From NCBI GenBank assembly GCA_963733675.1, contig CAVTET010000003.1, positions 384,001-448,000 on the forward strand: DNA of 64,000 nucleotides, in the 5' to 3' direction. The stretch is from an uncultured Methanosarcinaceae archaeon. Its GTDB lineage: Archaea > Halobacteriota > Methanosarcinia > Methanosarcinales > Methanosarcinaceae. The position numbers and the translations under genes were made by a program. A model generated the notes under the pieces. It had not been told where the DNA came from, searched no databases, and saw nothing but the letters and a program-made list of their open reading frames with translations. This document shows positions 10,968 through 22,487 of the stretch, piece after piece (the first letter of the stretch is position 1; each line of letters begins with the position of its first letter).

Positions 10968-11583
10968 CAAAAAACTCATCGTTTTTAGGATATTTGAGTT
11001 CAGACTCATTAGAATTTTTGTGTCACTCGAGAACTCTTTTCTACTCAAGTAATATATAATGCTAAGGATATAAATAAGATTGATAAAATTCGTTTTAAAA
11101 TATATCAATAATATCCATTTGAAATTAATTAGGTAATCTATTATGTTAATGTGACTACTACATTCTCAAATCATCTTGATTCCTATTTATGGATTTAAAC
11201 CTTCTTGTCCTGATTCAAAATCTAATATTTAAAATTTATTTATAATATTTGTCATAAAGTTTAGAATTTAATGAACAGTAGATCTTTTGCAACGAAATAT
11301 GTGCCTAATATCACTAAATCGTCATGAAGTTTTGGTTTTGACAACCGAAAGTGCAACAATCGAATGGATATACTAATAGTTACAAAAAATCGGAATTAAG
11401 CTGTTTGAATTAAGTTTTTTGTGAACTAGGGGGACCAAATTATAACTGAATAGGAAGAGCCTATCGGAACTACCGCAAATAGGAAGCACTGTTAGAATGG
11501 AAAAGTTTAAAGATTATTAAAAAGTTATGTGTATTAAGATTTTTTTTATGAATTATAAACAAGACAGAATAAGGAAAAAAGAA

Positions 11584-13281
11584 ATGAGATACACAAAATT
11601 TTGTTCTTCAATAGCCTTTGTTTTTGTTTTTATTTTATTATCACCTACGGCATTGGCAAGTAGTACGGACTCTGAATTTCCTCAAATAATTGTTCAAAAA
11701 CAATCTGAATTTCTAACTGCTGATCTCAGCGCCAATGTTACTAATGGAAATCATACCTTAAAAGATATGGAATCAAAAGATCTAGAGACAAATGTAAATA
11801 AAGTCCCAAATAAAGATAAAGTTATTCCTGTAGCAAACTTTTCATCCAATGCTAGTAGTGGCTATGCTCCTCGTTCGGTCCTGTCTAAAGACCTTTTACA
11901 GAATGCGACATTAAGGAGCTGGGACTTCAAGAATGACGAAACTGCTGATTCAAGTGATAAGATACCAGTTTACGTGTACAAAACCGCAGAAAACGATATC
12001 TTTAACACTACAAAGAAAAATGGAAACAGTACAAATTCAAAACTCTCTGCAATGACAGTTTTTAATCCTACTGATCCAGTATTTCCTATAGCAAACTTTC
12101 ACGCAAATGTCACTAGCGGCAATGCTCCTCTTTCTGTGCAGTTTACCGATCTCTCACAAAATGTAACCGGAAGAAACTGGAACTTTGGTGACGGAAATGA
12201 TTCTATTGAACAGAATCCAAAGCATATCTATTCTGCAAAAGGTAATTATACCGTTAATCTGACAGTAAATGATAATAATGGCACAAATTCAAAAATTCTA
12301 GAAATAATCGTTCACGAAGGATCCAATAACGATAAAATTCTTCCTGTTGCAAACATTGCCTCAAATGTTACTAGCGGATATGCTCCTCTTTCCGTCCTAT
12401 TTACAGACCGTTCGCAAAATGCAATCGTTTGGAACTGGAATTTTGGAGATGGAGGTACTTCAACTGAGCAAAATCCAATGCATACTTACTCTACAGAAGG
12501 GACCTATACTGTCAACCTTGAAGTAAGCAATTCAAATGGAACTGCCTCAAAAACTGTTACCATAACTGTGCAGAATCATGTCAGCACTGAGAGTAGTAGT
12601 GATGGAAGTATCGTTAGTAGAAGCAGCCACAGTAGCGTTGAAACTGGTCATGGTGGAGATAATGGAGCCGGTGACTCTTCTGAGCCTAAAAGTAATGTTT
12701 TGACTAGAGAAATTTCAGAGGCTTTCATTACAAATGGAAAAACTGCGAAGTTTGATTTTATTAAGAACACTACTTCTGTCATATATGTGAAATTTGATTC
12801 AAAGAAGACCACTGGCAAAACAACAAACACCATCGAGATATTGAAAGAGAAATCTACACTTGTTTCAGGGCTGCCGTCTGGAGAAATCTATAAATATCTT
12901 AATATATGGGTTGGAGACAAAGGATTTGAAATTCCAAATAATATCGAAAATCCGGCCGTATGCTTCAAGGTAGAAAAATCGTGGATACAGGATAAAAATA
13001 TAAATCAGTCTTCTATATTTCTGAACAGATACAGCGAGAATAAATGGAATCAGCTTCCAACCAGTCTATCAGGAAAGGATGACAAGTACCTCTATTTCAT
13101 AGCCAAAACCCCAGGGTTTTCTCCATTTGCGATAACTGGTATGACGAAAGCAGAAGAACCTATGACTGGAAAACAGAAATCTGAGCAGAAAGGAAGCAAT
13201 AACATATCAGTTATTGGAATGATTTGTTTGATAGCTTGTCTACTTGCTATATTCCTTTATAAAATAGATCAAAAGGAGTGA
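11584..13281 (+). CDS. Cell-surface protein with PKD domains and a PGF-pre-PGF domain
   Basis: Signal peptide, one degenerate and two intact PKD repeats (PLSVQFTD...WNFGDG), Ser/Gly linker, YKYLNIWVG...TPGFSPFAITG, C-terminal TM; start could be 11527. Confidence 0.9.
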   Translation: MRYTKFCSSIAFVFVFILLSPTALASSTDSEFPQIIVQKQSEFLTADLSANVTNGNHTLKDMESKDLETNVNKVPNKDKVIPVANFSSNASSGYAPRSVLSKDLLQNATLRSWDFKNDETADSSDKIPVYVYKTAENDIFNTTKKNGNSTNSKLSAMTVFNPTDPVFPIANFHANVTSGNAPLSVQFTDLSQNVTGRNWNFGDGNDSIEQNPKHIYSAKGNYTVNLTVNDNNGTNSKILEIIVHEGSNNDKILPVANIASNVTSGYAPLSVLFTDRSQNAIVWNWNFGDGGTSTEQNPMHTYSTEGTYTVNLEVSNSNGTASKTVTITVQNHVSTESSSDGSIVSRSSHSSVETGHGGDNGAGDSSEPKSNVLTREISEAFITNGKTAKFDFIKNTTSVIYVKFDSKKTTGKTTNTIEILKEKSTLVSGLPSGEIYKYLNIWVGDKGFEIPNNIENPAVCFKVEKSWIQDKNINQSSIFLNRYSENKWNQLPTSLSGKDDKYLYFIAKTPGFSPFAITGMTKAEEPMTGKQKSEQKGSNNISVIGMICLIACLLAIFLYKIDQKE

Positions 13282-13515
13282 ATTTAAAACATAATGAATC
13301 AGATATGATTGTATTCGTTAGTTATTTCCACCTTCCTAAGATATCACACTAATGTAATCTATTTTTTCAATATTAAGCGGTTAATAAATAATATAATTTA
13401 TACTAAATTATAGTTAGCAAATATGCAACCAAATTTTATATTTATGTACACCTGCAAAATCTAGGATGTATTTTTATATTTTTTGGAAAAAGGTACACAT
13501 ATGTTGTAAACTATA

Positions 13516-13602
13516 GAGGGTTTCGATAGACTCTGATTTTCACAAATCATTACATGTCATTTATAAGCATGGGCCGAAATTTAGGAATTTATCGAAATCC
13601 TC
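13516..13602. mobile_element. MITE, copy C
   Basis: GAGGGTTTCGATAGA...TTTATCGAAATCCTC. Confidence 0.75.
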
Positions 13603-13702
13603 AAAGTTTTATGAGGCTAAAAGAAGCAGATCCATTTTATGAAAAATCAAAAAAACACTATCATATAAATATATGGTGTTTCCAAGCAAATCCCAATGCG
13701 AT

Positions 13703-13990
13703 TTATACATGACCTGATGCTGCATTCCTCAGACATGTTTCCCAATCATCTGGATGCTCTGTATTGTCACATTGCCACTCAAATTCACGCCTTGCAAGCT
13801 TGATAGTTGCTCTGGCCTTCTTGAGTGGAACTAATTCTGCACTATCATCGTATAACACATTTAAACAGCTTACAACATCAACAATAAAACTTTCTAAACT
13901 TTCTGGTCGTATAGATTCGTTCTTTGCATGTGTTTCTGCACATCTAGCGAGATATTCTGCAAGTACACTGATCAGTTTCTCATCACGCAT
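13703..13990 (-). CDS. Hypothetical protein
   Basis: 95-aa ORF with ATG preceded by GGAGTGG; plausible helical composition. Confidence 0.5.
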   Translation of the reverse strand: MRDEKLISVLAEYLARCAETHAKNESIRPESLESFIVDVVSCLNVLYDDSAELVPLKKARATIKLARREFEWQCDNTEHPDDWETCLRNAASGHV

Positions 13991-15039
13991 GGTTCCACTC
14001 CTTTGTGCGACAAATGGGAAATCTACTTTGTCACACTGGATTTCAGATTTGGATAATTACTACAGTACAATATTTGTTAATGTGCAGGCGTATATTGCTT
14101 AATCCAGCCCAACATACCTGTTAATCATCATTTCCAGAATATTGAAATCGAAAAAGCTGATCAAACTAATATACGAGCGTCTAGAACAGGCTTTAAATCC
14201 TATTTTCCAAAGGATGGCGCCTGAAATACTCTTAAAGTATTTTTTTGTGATTTAAAGGGTTTCTAAATCGCTTAACTTGAGATAAACTTAGAGATCTGTG
14301 TTTCTGCTATTTAGGGGCTTTTACAGGTTGTCTTGCTATAATGCAAGTCCAAAGTATGCTCACAACATTTGACTTTTAAACAATTTTTGATCACAAATTC
14401 CCCACTTATGGTTCATAAAGACAAAAATTAACCCGTTTTTCATATATACTTAAGTATTTTCACAAACATCGCCACCGACTAAACAATAAAATGGGCATTT
14501 TATACCTAGAAGCCATTTCTGTAGTCAGCAATGATAAATGATTTCTTTAGAAATACTCACATACTCACATTTCGAATCTCATTTTCTACTCAGTTTACAC
14601 TTTTTTCTTGTGCAGGCAAGTCCAGAAAACGGGTGTACATGAGCAATGAATCTTAAAATGAATATGAACCAAATAATGAGGCAAGTCCAAAATATAAAAG
14701 GACGTTTACTTTCAATAATCTTTCTATTTTTCTCTTTATTTATGAAGTCTTTTTAGGTAGTTTGATCCAAAAGAGGAAACTAATCGGCTCATAAACCGCC
14801 TAACTTAATCATATAAGAGAAAGTGATTTGGAGTACCGGACTAATAAATATATGGCTTTTCGCTATTTCGAATGGATAATTTAAAATCAGTTTCTAAATT
14901 CGACACAATATATGTGATATTTGGAAAGTCTTTATGAGCAAGAGTATTTTAACACGTGGGAACCTGTAAATTAAATTCTTAATTAAAAAGCTCAAAAATC
15001 ACTAGATTTTTGAACTTAGTCTAGAGGTAGAATCAGGTC

Positions 15040-15360
15040 TGAACAATTAAATGCCAAGAAACTAAAGTTAGAAGATTTGATTGAATACCAAGAAGGAAAC
15101 GTGGTAAGCAGAAAAATTATCCATAAAAGCACAGGAACCGTAACAATATTTCCCTTCGATAAGAGAGAAGGATTAAGTGAACATACTGCCCCCTTCGATG
15201 CCATAGTTCAGCTAATAGATGGGAAGGCCGAAATAACTATCTCCGGTGATAAAAATATTCTAGAGAAAGGGGATATGATCATATTGCCTGCCAACGACTC
15301 CCACGCGCTCAATACAATGGAAAGGTTCAAAATGGTTCTCTGACCACGATCCTTTCTTAA
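15040..15360 (+). pseudogene. Cupin-domain protein, start lost and C-terminus frameshifted
   Basis: IEYQEGNVVSR...TVTIFPFDKREGLSEHTAPFDA...GDMIILPANDSHAL, typical small cupin; no ATG start. Confidence 0.65.
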
Positions 15361-15966
15361 TTTTTCAACATACTCTCGGTGTAGGTAGACATTAAATTGT
15401 TATAATTGCAAATGATAAAATTTTTTAAATTGTGTGCCATAATTGTGTGTAGTCATTAGGTTTATATAGACTATCTTGGTCCCTCATTAAACTTTATTGC
15501 AAAAATGTTTTATTGCTTATATGTGTCGTGAAGTTGAGCCATGCTAACCAACTTTAAATCTAATGTGCATTTATAAAATGTTCAAATTTACATCTCGACC
15601 TCCTTTCAAAAATAAGGTGATTTTTGCAACAACTGACTAAATATATTAAATTTTCCATGGACACGTGCTCAATAAAATCAATGATTTTGACTGAATCCCA
15701 AAATTCTACTGAAACTCCCACCAAATTCGCAAAAAATACCCCAAAATTGGCATATTTTTCAGCGATATCTATGAAAATTTGAACAATTAATTTAGAAAAA
15801 GGGCAAAATAGGCACTAACCGGTGTTAATAAAAATGAGTCTCTTTTTTTGGAGGAGGCGGAATACGTGTTCAAAAAAAATCTCTGAATCATTAATATAAC
15901 CTCTAATGTCGACCTGCCGAACGCAGGCTCTAAGGTATTATTTTAACAATAAAATAATTCTAGATC

Positions 15967-16647
15967 CTATATCACCACCTTCTCCCAGTCTATATCCAGC
16001 GCATCACCTATTTTCTCAAGCACCAAATTTGCACCAGCATCCTTTAAAAGTTTTGCACTCACTGTCTGTGCCACACCTATCGCATAAATTCCTGAACTCT
16101 TAGCAATTCTCATATCGCCAGGTCCGTCACCGAAATAAATTGCCCGTCTTGCAAATTCTTCAAGCGACAAGTTTTCTTTTTCCGCCAATATCTCCATATG
16201 CTTCTGGCTTTTTTTGTATGTATCAAAACCCAACAAAAAGTCAATATTATCCAAGATGCCAAGATCATAAATTCGTTTAATCATTGCACCCGTACTGCTA
16301 CCAGAAGTTATTAGAACTCTATACCCTTTATCTTTAAATAATTTTAACAACTCTTCAACTTTCGGAAAAAGAGAATATTTTTTCTCATTTACAATATTAC
16401 AAAATTCATCCATAAGCTTCGGAACTTCATCTGTTGAATATTTATGCAGATTAAGAACGTAAGCAAATTGTTCATCCCACGGAGTGCCAGTTACAGCAAC
16501 TGAATATTTTACTATATCGGGGATGTCAAAGTTTTCAATTTTGGTGTACCGTTTTAAAACATCACAAAAGACTCTGGTATATATTGGCATAGCGTCAACC
16601 AGAGTTCCATTGAGATCAAAAATTATGTATTTTATTTTAATGTTCAT
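15967..16647 (-). CDS. HAD-superfamily hydrolase
   Basis: Motif I FDLNGTLVD, motif II ITSG, motif IV YFGDGPGD. Confidence 0.85.
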   Translation of the reverse strand: MNIKIKYIIFDLNGTLVDAMPIYTRVFCDVLKRYTKIENFDIPDIVKYSVAVTGTPWDEQFAYVLNLHKYSTDEVPKLMDEFCNIVNEKKYSLFPKVEELLKLFKDKGYRVLITSGSSTGAMIKRIYDLGILDNIDFLLGFDTYKKSQKHMEILAEKENLSLEEFARRAIYFGDGPGDMRIAKSSGIYAIGVAQTVSAKLLKDAGANLVLEKIGDALDIDWEKVVI

Positions 16648-17105
16648 AAATCGCACTTTCCAGGATTATAATCATAGTACACTCACAAATTAATTAAACT
16701 TTTCAAAATTGTTCATAGTTTCAAACTTAATTATTTACACTTAAATCTCTCGAAATTCGATTAGCAGCAAAATTTCCCTAAAATCTTTTTCTGGTACAGA
16801 GCTTGAACCTGCGTATGAGAATAGGCACTTCGGATGCAAAGGGTCAAAGATAAAGATTTGGATTTCCAAATAATGGTAAAGTTTTGTGGATCAAATATTG
16901 GAGGCCTCTATATAAATCTGGATGCTGTGCCAATAGTCATCGTTTGTTCAAAAAAGTTTTTCCCTGTATGTATTCAGGCAAGGGGATCTTCTAAGTGCTG
17001 GCCCTGATTCTTGCAGGGATAGAATCTGATTAATATTTCTCCTTCTTCCCCACAAGCAGTTCATTATTCCAAACGACATTCGTATGTGATAACCGTTTAT
17101 CCTTC

Positions 17106-17927
17106 TTAGCTAGAATTCCTGGATTGTGCCGAGGGCGCCAGCGAAATTATATGTTCGCATACATTCTTTCCTGTGATTTTACAGCTAACCTCCCTTACAC
17201 TGATATCTTTCCCAAAATAATCAGTCAGGTAACCTGCAAAATAGCCACTCATAAAGGCACAAACAGGCTGGTCAGCCGATCCGTAAACATCGGCTATAAA
17301 CGAGTCTTTCACAATGATCTTTCCTTCGTAAGTCTTTGGATCACATTCAATTTCGAGAATTCCCCAGCCTGCTGCTCTGTAGAACTCCTCAAGAACACTT
17401 GCGTAATTGCTTTCATTAATCAGCATGATGCTCTTGAAGTATTTTGCCACATGAATCCCTTCCTTAAGACCTGAAATGGTTAGAAGCCCCTCTGCACCAG
17501 GCACGCTTTCGATGAGATTTTTAATGATATCAACAATTGTGAATGCTCTTGTTATTACTCCCCTGACTCCAGCTACATTAAGAGGAAAGTTCACGGAATA
17601 AATCATCCCGTATTTTGAGATCCCGTACTCTACTTCACTTACAATTTCCAGATCTTTTATTTTTCTGGCGAGATTTTCAGGATCAATATTTTCGTTAAGT
17701 TCCGTAAATACCGAATATTCTCCCCTTTTTTGTGTAAAATTATCTAGATGACCAAACATAATGAAAGCCTTTTCTTTTTCAAGAAAATCAGTTATTAAGG
17801 ATAAAGATCCGGGCTCTTTCGAATAAATAATCTTGAACCATACAATCTGCGAATTTTCACTTAAGCCTGCAAACATAAATAAATCTCTAACCATATGACT
17901 CAAACTCCTATTATTGTTATTTGACAT
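17106..17927 (-). CDS. ACT-like plus V4R domain protein
   Basis: N-terminal EPGSLSLITDFL ACT-like region; GWG...CAFMSGYFAG...EVSCKITGKNVCEH V4R motif. Confidence 0.85.
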   Translation of the reverse strand: MSNNNNRSLSHMVRDLFMFAGLSENSQIVWFKIIYSKEPGSLSLITDFLEKEKAFIMFGHLDNFTQKRGEYSVFTELNENIDPENLARKIKDLEIVSEVEYGISKYGMIYSVNFPLNVAGVRGVITRAFTIVDIIKNLIESVPGAEGLLTISGLKEGIHVAKYFKSIMLINESNYASVLEEFYRAAGWGILEIECDPKTYEGKIIVKDSFIADVYGSADQPVCAFMSGYFAGYLTDYFGKDISVREVSCKITGKNVCEHIISLAPSAQSRNSS

Positions 17928-18446
17928 TCAATTAAGCTATTGTTCTAAGTTTCCTGAGAGCATTAAACTTTTTGTTTGAGTACTTATATTTCATATTTTG
18001 TTCTATAATGCATATGAAAATGTAATCACTAGTTAGTAAATTTATTGGCGAAGTCTCAAAGGAATCTTCGCTTTACCCATATATAAGCCATCATTGATGA
18101 AAGTTTCACCATCTTTTAACTTGTTCATGCATTTGAAAGAGATTCAGTTTGCTTCAAAAGTGAATGTGCATATAGCTTAGAACCTATTCGAAAAGTCTTA
18201 TAATGAAATATTATAAAGTATCCAGATAGGAAGCGGGAAATATACATAAACGTTATGAGCTTATTAGAAGCCCGTGGCGGAGTTTAAACCGTCTGGACAA
18301 TAATGTATCATTAACTTATTGAAAATTGTGCTTTAAAAGAATTGTAAGATTTCATTTTTATAATTTTTATACCATAATGTATTTTCAAAATATCAAAGAT
18401 GAGATTTTTGGATCCAAGAGTATTATTCTTGAGTCATAAAAAATTC

Positions 18447-19298
18447 GGTTCCGTTGCAAAAAATCCTTTCTAATGATACAATAGAATAAAAAGAAAATCA
18501 AAGATGGTAATATGCTATCTAATTCCTTTAAATGGAAGCATTATAAAGGAGAAATTATCCTATTGAATGTAAGATGATACTTAAAATACCCATTGAGCTA
18601 TAGAAATTTAAAGGAAATGATGATAGAAAGAGAAATTCAGTTGATCACAGTACTATAATGAGATGGGTGCATCAATATTCTCCTGAAATAGAAAAAAGAT
18701 AAGAAGACATTTAAGACCAACAAATTATTCGTGGAGAGTTGATGAAACCTATATCAAAGTAAAAGGTAAATGGAAATATTTTTACCGAGCAGTTGACTCA
18801 AATGGAGAGACAATCGATTTCATGTAAAGTGCAAAACGAAACAGAAAAGCTGCGAAGATATTCTTTAAGAAAGCTTTAAGTTCGTATCATAATCAAATTC
18901 CAAAGGTAATAACCGTTGATAAGAATCCAGCTTATCCACCTGCTATAGGTAAACTGAAAAATGATAAAAGACTACCTAAAAACGTAGGTATTCGATAAAC
19001 CAGGTATTTAAATAACATTATAGAACAAGATCATAGATCTATAAAACGAATCGTTAATCCAATGTTAGCATTTCAGTCTTTTCGATCTGCTAATAAGACT
19101 TTAAAAGGAATTGAAGCTATGAATATGATCAAAAAAGGACAAGTAAATGATCTAAATTACTCTGTTCTTAATGAAGTCAAATATATTAATCAATTGTTTG
19201 GTATTATTTTATAATGTTAGTACATTTTCCTTGAATATTTTGATTTTTATTCATTACTTATAGATTTACATATTTTTTTGATTTTTTGCAACGGAACC
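18447..19298 (+). mobile_element. IS6-family element, copy 2, with inactivated transposase (18512-19214)
   Basis: Same TIRs as copy 1; nonsense codons (TGA ~18575, TAA ~18825) and frameshifts. Confidence 0.93.
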
Positions 19299-19309
19299 GA
19301 ACAAGCTGA

Positions 19310-19490
19310 TACGATGTATTTCAGAGTAATTTTAACTGAAGATATTTTACTGCTCCATTAACGAAATTTGAGAAGAGTATTATAAAATAAAGGAAATTAA
19401 TATTAAATTTTACTTTTCTGTAAAAATCTCGAAAAATGAGCGAAATTTTGCTGAGTATATGAGTCAGTTGGTAGAGTGCTGGAACTGAGA
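19310..19490. repeat. Dispersed non-coding repeat, family R2 (homologous to 33850-34010)
   Basis: Shared blocks TTTCAGRGTAATTTTA, TTCTGTAAAAATC..GAAAAATGAG.GAAATTTT, GAGYCAGTTGGTARAGTGCTG. Confidence 0.7.
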
Positions 19491-19494
19491 CCAA

Positions 19495-20793
19495 TTATTC
19501 CAGCATCCACTTCCACACCGATTTAACCGTTATTTTTTTCTTTTCAGCCTTGCCTTCAATAAACAGGACTTCTTCGTCGTCCATAGTTAGAATTAGTCCT
19601 TCTTCAAGCCCATAATCTTCCATAGCTTCCAGAAGTCCGGAAATTGCTTTTTCTCTGATTACCGGGCTTCCTAAATGGATCGAAGTTTGAATTGCAGCCG
19701 AAATCTTTCCGCTATCTTTTTCCTTAATAAGGAAATCACATTCATTCATGTTTCTTAAATAGAATATCTGTTTTTCTTGCCTGAGCAATTCAAGATACAC
19801 AAGGTTCTCAAATCTTTGCCCAAGGTTGTCTGGGTAATTTGGGCACACTGCTTTAAAGAAACCAGTGTCAGATAAGTAAATTTTACACTGAGCCGCCATT
19901 TCCGAGCTGTTCTCATAAGGAGGGGTGAGTTTCGGGATACGATACAGCAAAAAATTATCTTCCAGATAATCCAGATAGTTACATAGAATTTCCTTGTCTT
20001 CAATCCCACTTGCTTTTTTTAAAGTTTTCAAAAGACACTCTGAAGCCACGTTTGATATCAAGAATATCGAAAGCTTTTTTAATCCACTTATGACCTGAGT
20101 ATCACAACCTTTTACAGCCCCTTTTTGCAGGATTTCTTCAAAATATTTTCGGCAGAGCTGAATAGCGTTATTTCCGATCACATCAGGGAAGCCACCATTT
20201 TCAAAATATTGTAAAAACAGACACAACATTTCATCGCTTTGAGAAGGTGTAAGAAATTTAGACTTTGGTATTGTGATACCTCTCAAGAGAATGTATTCTT
20301 TAAATGAGAATGGCAAAAGCCTTATGATTTTACTTCTGTCTTTAAACCTTGTTAAAAATTCCTTCTCTTTTAAGCCTGAACAAGAAGATGTTATGAAAAT
20401 TTTTGCCCCTTGCTTGTTAAGTTTATCAACCCAGCTTTCCCATCCTGGGACATTATGTATTTCGTCGAGAAAATAATAAATCTGTTCTGCTTCATTTCTC
20501 AAGGATTTTTTCTCGTGAATTTCAGTTGCAAGTTTTTCAATGACCTGAAAACTTCCGGATCCTAATTCATAGATATTGCTGTCTTCAAAATCAATATAGA
20601 TTTTTGAGCCCTGCAGGTTACTGGCAATTTGTCTAAGAAGAGACGTTTTGCCTGCATGTAGAGGGCCGGAAATAAATGTGATTTCATTCCCTCCAAGGTA
20701 GGGGGAAAAAGACATCCTGGGAACCAAATTGAAGGAGTTTTGGAAAAAATTTTGGTGGCTAAGTATTGGGGGGGTAATCTTCAAATTTTGCAT
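19495..20793 (-). CDS. AAA_14 ATPase with DUF4143 domain
   Basis: Walker A GPLHAGKT, Walker B FLDEIH, LLPFSFKEY, GGFP, KIYLSDTG, FENLVYLEL, ECDF. Confidence 0.9.
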   Translation of the reverse strand: MQNLKITPPILSHQNFFQNSFNLVPRMSFSPYLGGNEITFISGPLHAGKTSLLRQIASNLQGSKIYIDFEDSNIYELGSGSFQVIEKLATEIHEKKSLRNEAEQIYYFLDEIHNVPGWESWVDKLNKQGAKIFITSSCSGLKEKEFLTRFKDRSKIIRLLPFSFKEYILLRGITIPKSKFLTPSQSDEMLCLFLQYFENGGFPDVIGNNAIQLCRKYFEEILQKGAVKGCDTQVISGLKKLSIFLISNVASECLLKTLKKASGIEDKEILCNYLDYLEDNFLLYRIPKLTPPYENSSEMAAQCKIYLSDTGFFKAVCPNYPDNLGQRFENLVYLELLRQEKQIFYLRNMNECDFLIKEKDSGKISAAIQTSIHLGSPVIREKAISGLLEAMEDYGLEEGLILTMDDEEVLFIEGKAEKKKITVKSVWKWMLE

Positions 20794-20939
20794 ATAACCA
20801 AGAGCTTGTAAGTTGAACTATATAGTATTTCTGCCTCGCATAATACCTTTGAGTAATTGATAAGCTATAGCGGGTCAATCAAAAAAAAACATCGTTGTAT
20901 ATGGGCATGTGTGTAAACTTTTGGACGATGGATAACTTA

Positions 20940-21027
20940 GAGGAGTTCGATAAACCTCTGATTTCCAAGAATCAGTTATACGCCGTTAAGAAAAATGTGA
21001 CAAGTTTAGGAATTTATCGATATCCTC
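20940..21027. mobile_element. MITE, copy D
   Basis: GAGGAGTTCGATAAA...TTTATCGATATCCTC with CTTA duplicated on both sides. Confidence 0.85.
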
Positions 21028-21199
21028 CTTAATCTATAAATTTCTTTGTAGATTGAATTTGAATAAAATAATAATAGAGCAGATTCATCGAAACATATAA
21101 ATAAAAGATGAGTGCAAATATATTACGCAATCGTACTTTTCTTAACTTTATTACGCTACCTTATTTATCCATTTGATTAAAATTTTTCCCCACATCTTA

Positions 21200-21529
21200 T
21201 AGGCTATCCGAAAAGTCCTGCTGATCTGAATGTTATCAATGCGCACGCTAAATGTAGGATAGCAAGGTAATTTTCAATTTTCTTTTCCCATCTTATAAGG
21301 AGTCTTCTGAATCTATTCAGCCAAGAATGTGTCCTTTCTACAACCCATCTTCTTGCCCTAAAACCAGGTATGTCTCTCCTTATGTTTTCTTCTCCACGAC
21401 TTTTGATATGCGCAGTATAACCATATTCTTCAACCAATTTTCTGATATCGGTGAAATCATAACCCTTATCCATGAATATATTCTGAATTATGTCTTATGC
21501 AGAAAGTATATTATTTTTCGGATAGGCTC
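21200..21529 (-). mobile_element. Internally deleted IS5-family (IS427/IS1031-like) element carrying only the transposase C-terminus
   Basis: TIRs GAGCCTATCCGAAAA / TTTTCGGATAGCCT, TTA on both flanks; DKGYD...RWVVERTHSWLNRFRRL; near-identical to 43029-43358. Confidence 0.85.
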
Positions 21530-21608
21530 TTAGTGAAATTATTAACAAAAAGTTATGTAGATTCCTTCAATATATTCAAAGTAAGAAAACTACTGTATTG
21601 TAACTCTA

Positions 21609-22487
21609 GAGAATTTCGATAAAATCCGATGCAGTTGAGTATTGAAGAGTTTAAATTTTTTAAAATTAATTTTTTTATGAAAAACCTCACTGATTTTGCT
21701 CTTACAGAAAAATGCAACCTCTTTAGATAGTTGTTAATATACTTGCTGAGATTGATTGCTTAATTGATTGAACACATTTTAGCATCATTTTTGGGTTCAT
21801 ATATTTTAATAAAAAAGTTTCCGGAGGCATAAATGAAGCTGACATAATCATTATGTTTTGAATACCTTTTTGCAGCAATTGCATGGTTTTCGGACTTTGA
21901 ACTTGAGAACCAACGTATTAGATCGAATTTTATTCAGGAAATTTATTGGTTTCCCTGAGCAAATACCAGACAGTACCAAAGTCTTGTCATTTGGGAAAAG
22001 AATTATTGATAACTGCAAATAAGAATAAAATATGGAAACAATTGCAACTTCAACTTTATTGCCTTGGTTTGAAAAATAAAAACTGGAATGACTAAGAACT
22101 TTACTTTTATCCATTCAGATCTTAGACATGCAAAAGTAAATAAGCCTCTACAAAATGAATCAAAAAAAGGAAGAAGTACAGATGGGACCTGGATACTAAA
22201 AATGATAAGTCCAATTTTATACAAACTTCATGGTATAATAGGCAGGAATTATGAGCTGAGAATCTTGTTTCTTGAGATATACTCATTCCCAGAAGATTTT
22301 CTTTTACTTTCTTTTCATTGTTGCATCATAACCTTTTGATTTTGTTCCAAGGTATCCTTTCTCTCTGTAAACTACTTCATTTTTTTCTGAAAAATCTACC
22401 TGCAAATAATGAAGTTATATAGTTGTTGTTTTGAATTTTCTGATCAGTTCATAATCCCTGCCTATTATACCATGAAGTTTGTATAAG
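21609..22487 (+). mobile_element. Degraded IS5-family element, left end plus transposase remnant, distal part inverted
   Basis: Left IR GAGAATTTCGATAAAATCCGAT; broken frames MKNLTDFAL...LAEIDCLID...FRKFIGFPEQIPDST...DGTW...YKLH; the continuation lies on the minus strand at 22265-22487. Confidence 0.75.

Noticed and set aside
16740-17100. Possible partner gene downstream of the V4R protein
   Set aside because: All frames are interrupted and no family motif was recognised.
19455-19495. tRNA gene suggested by GTCAGTTGGTAGAGTGC
   Set aside because: No acceptor stem, anticodon arm or T-arm (GTTCRA) follows; it runs into the ATPase stop. Kept only as part of repeat R2.
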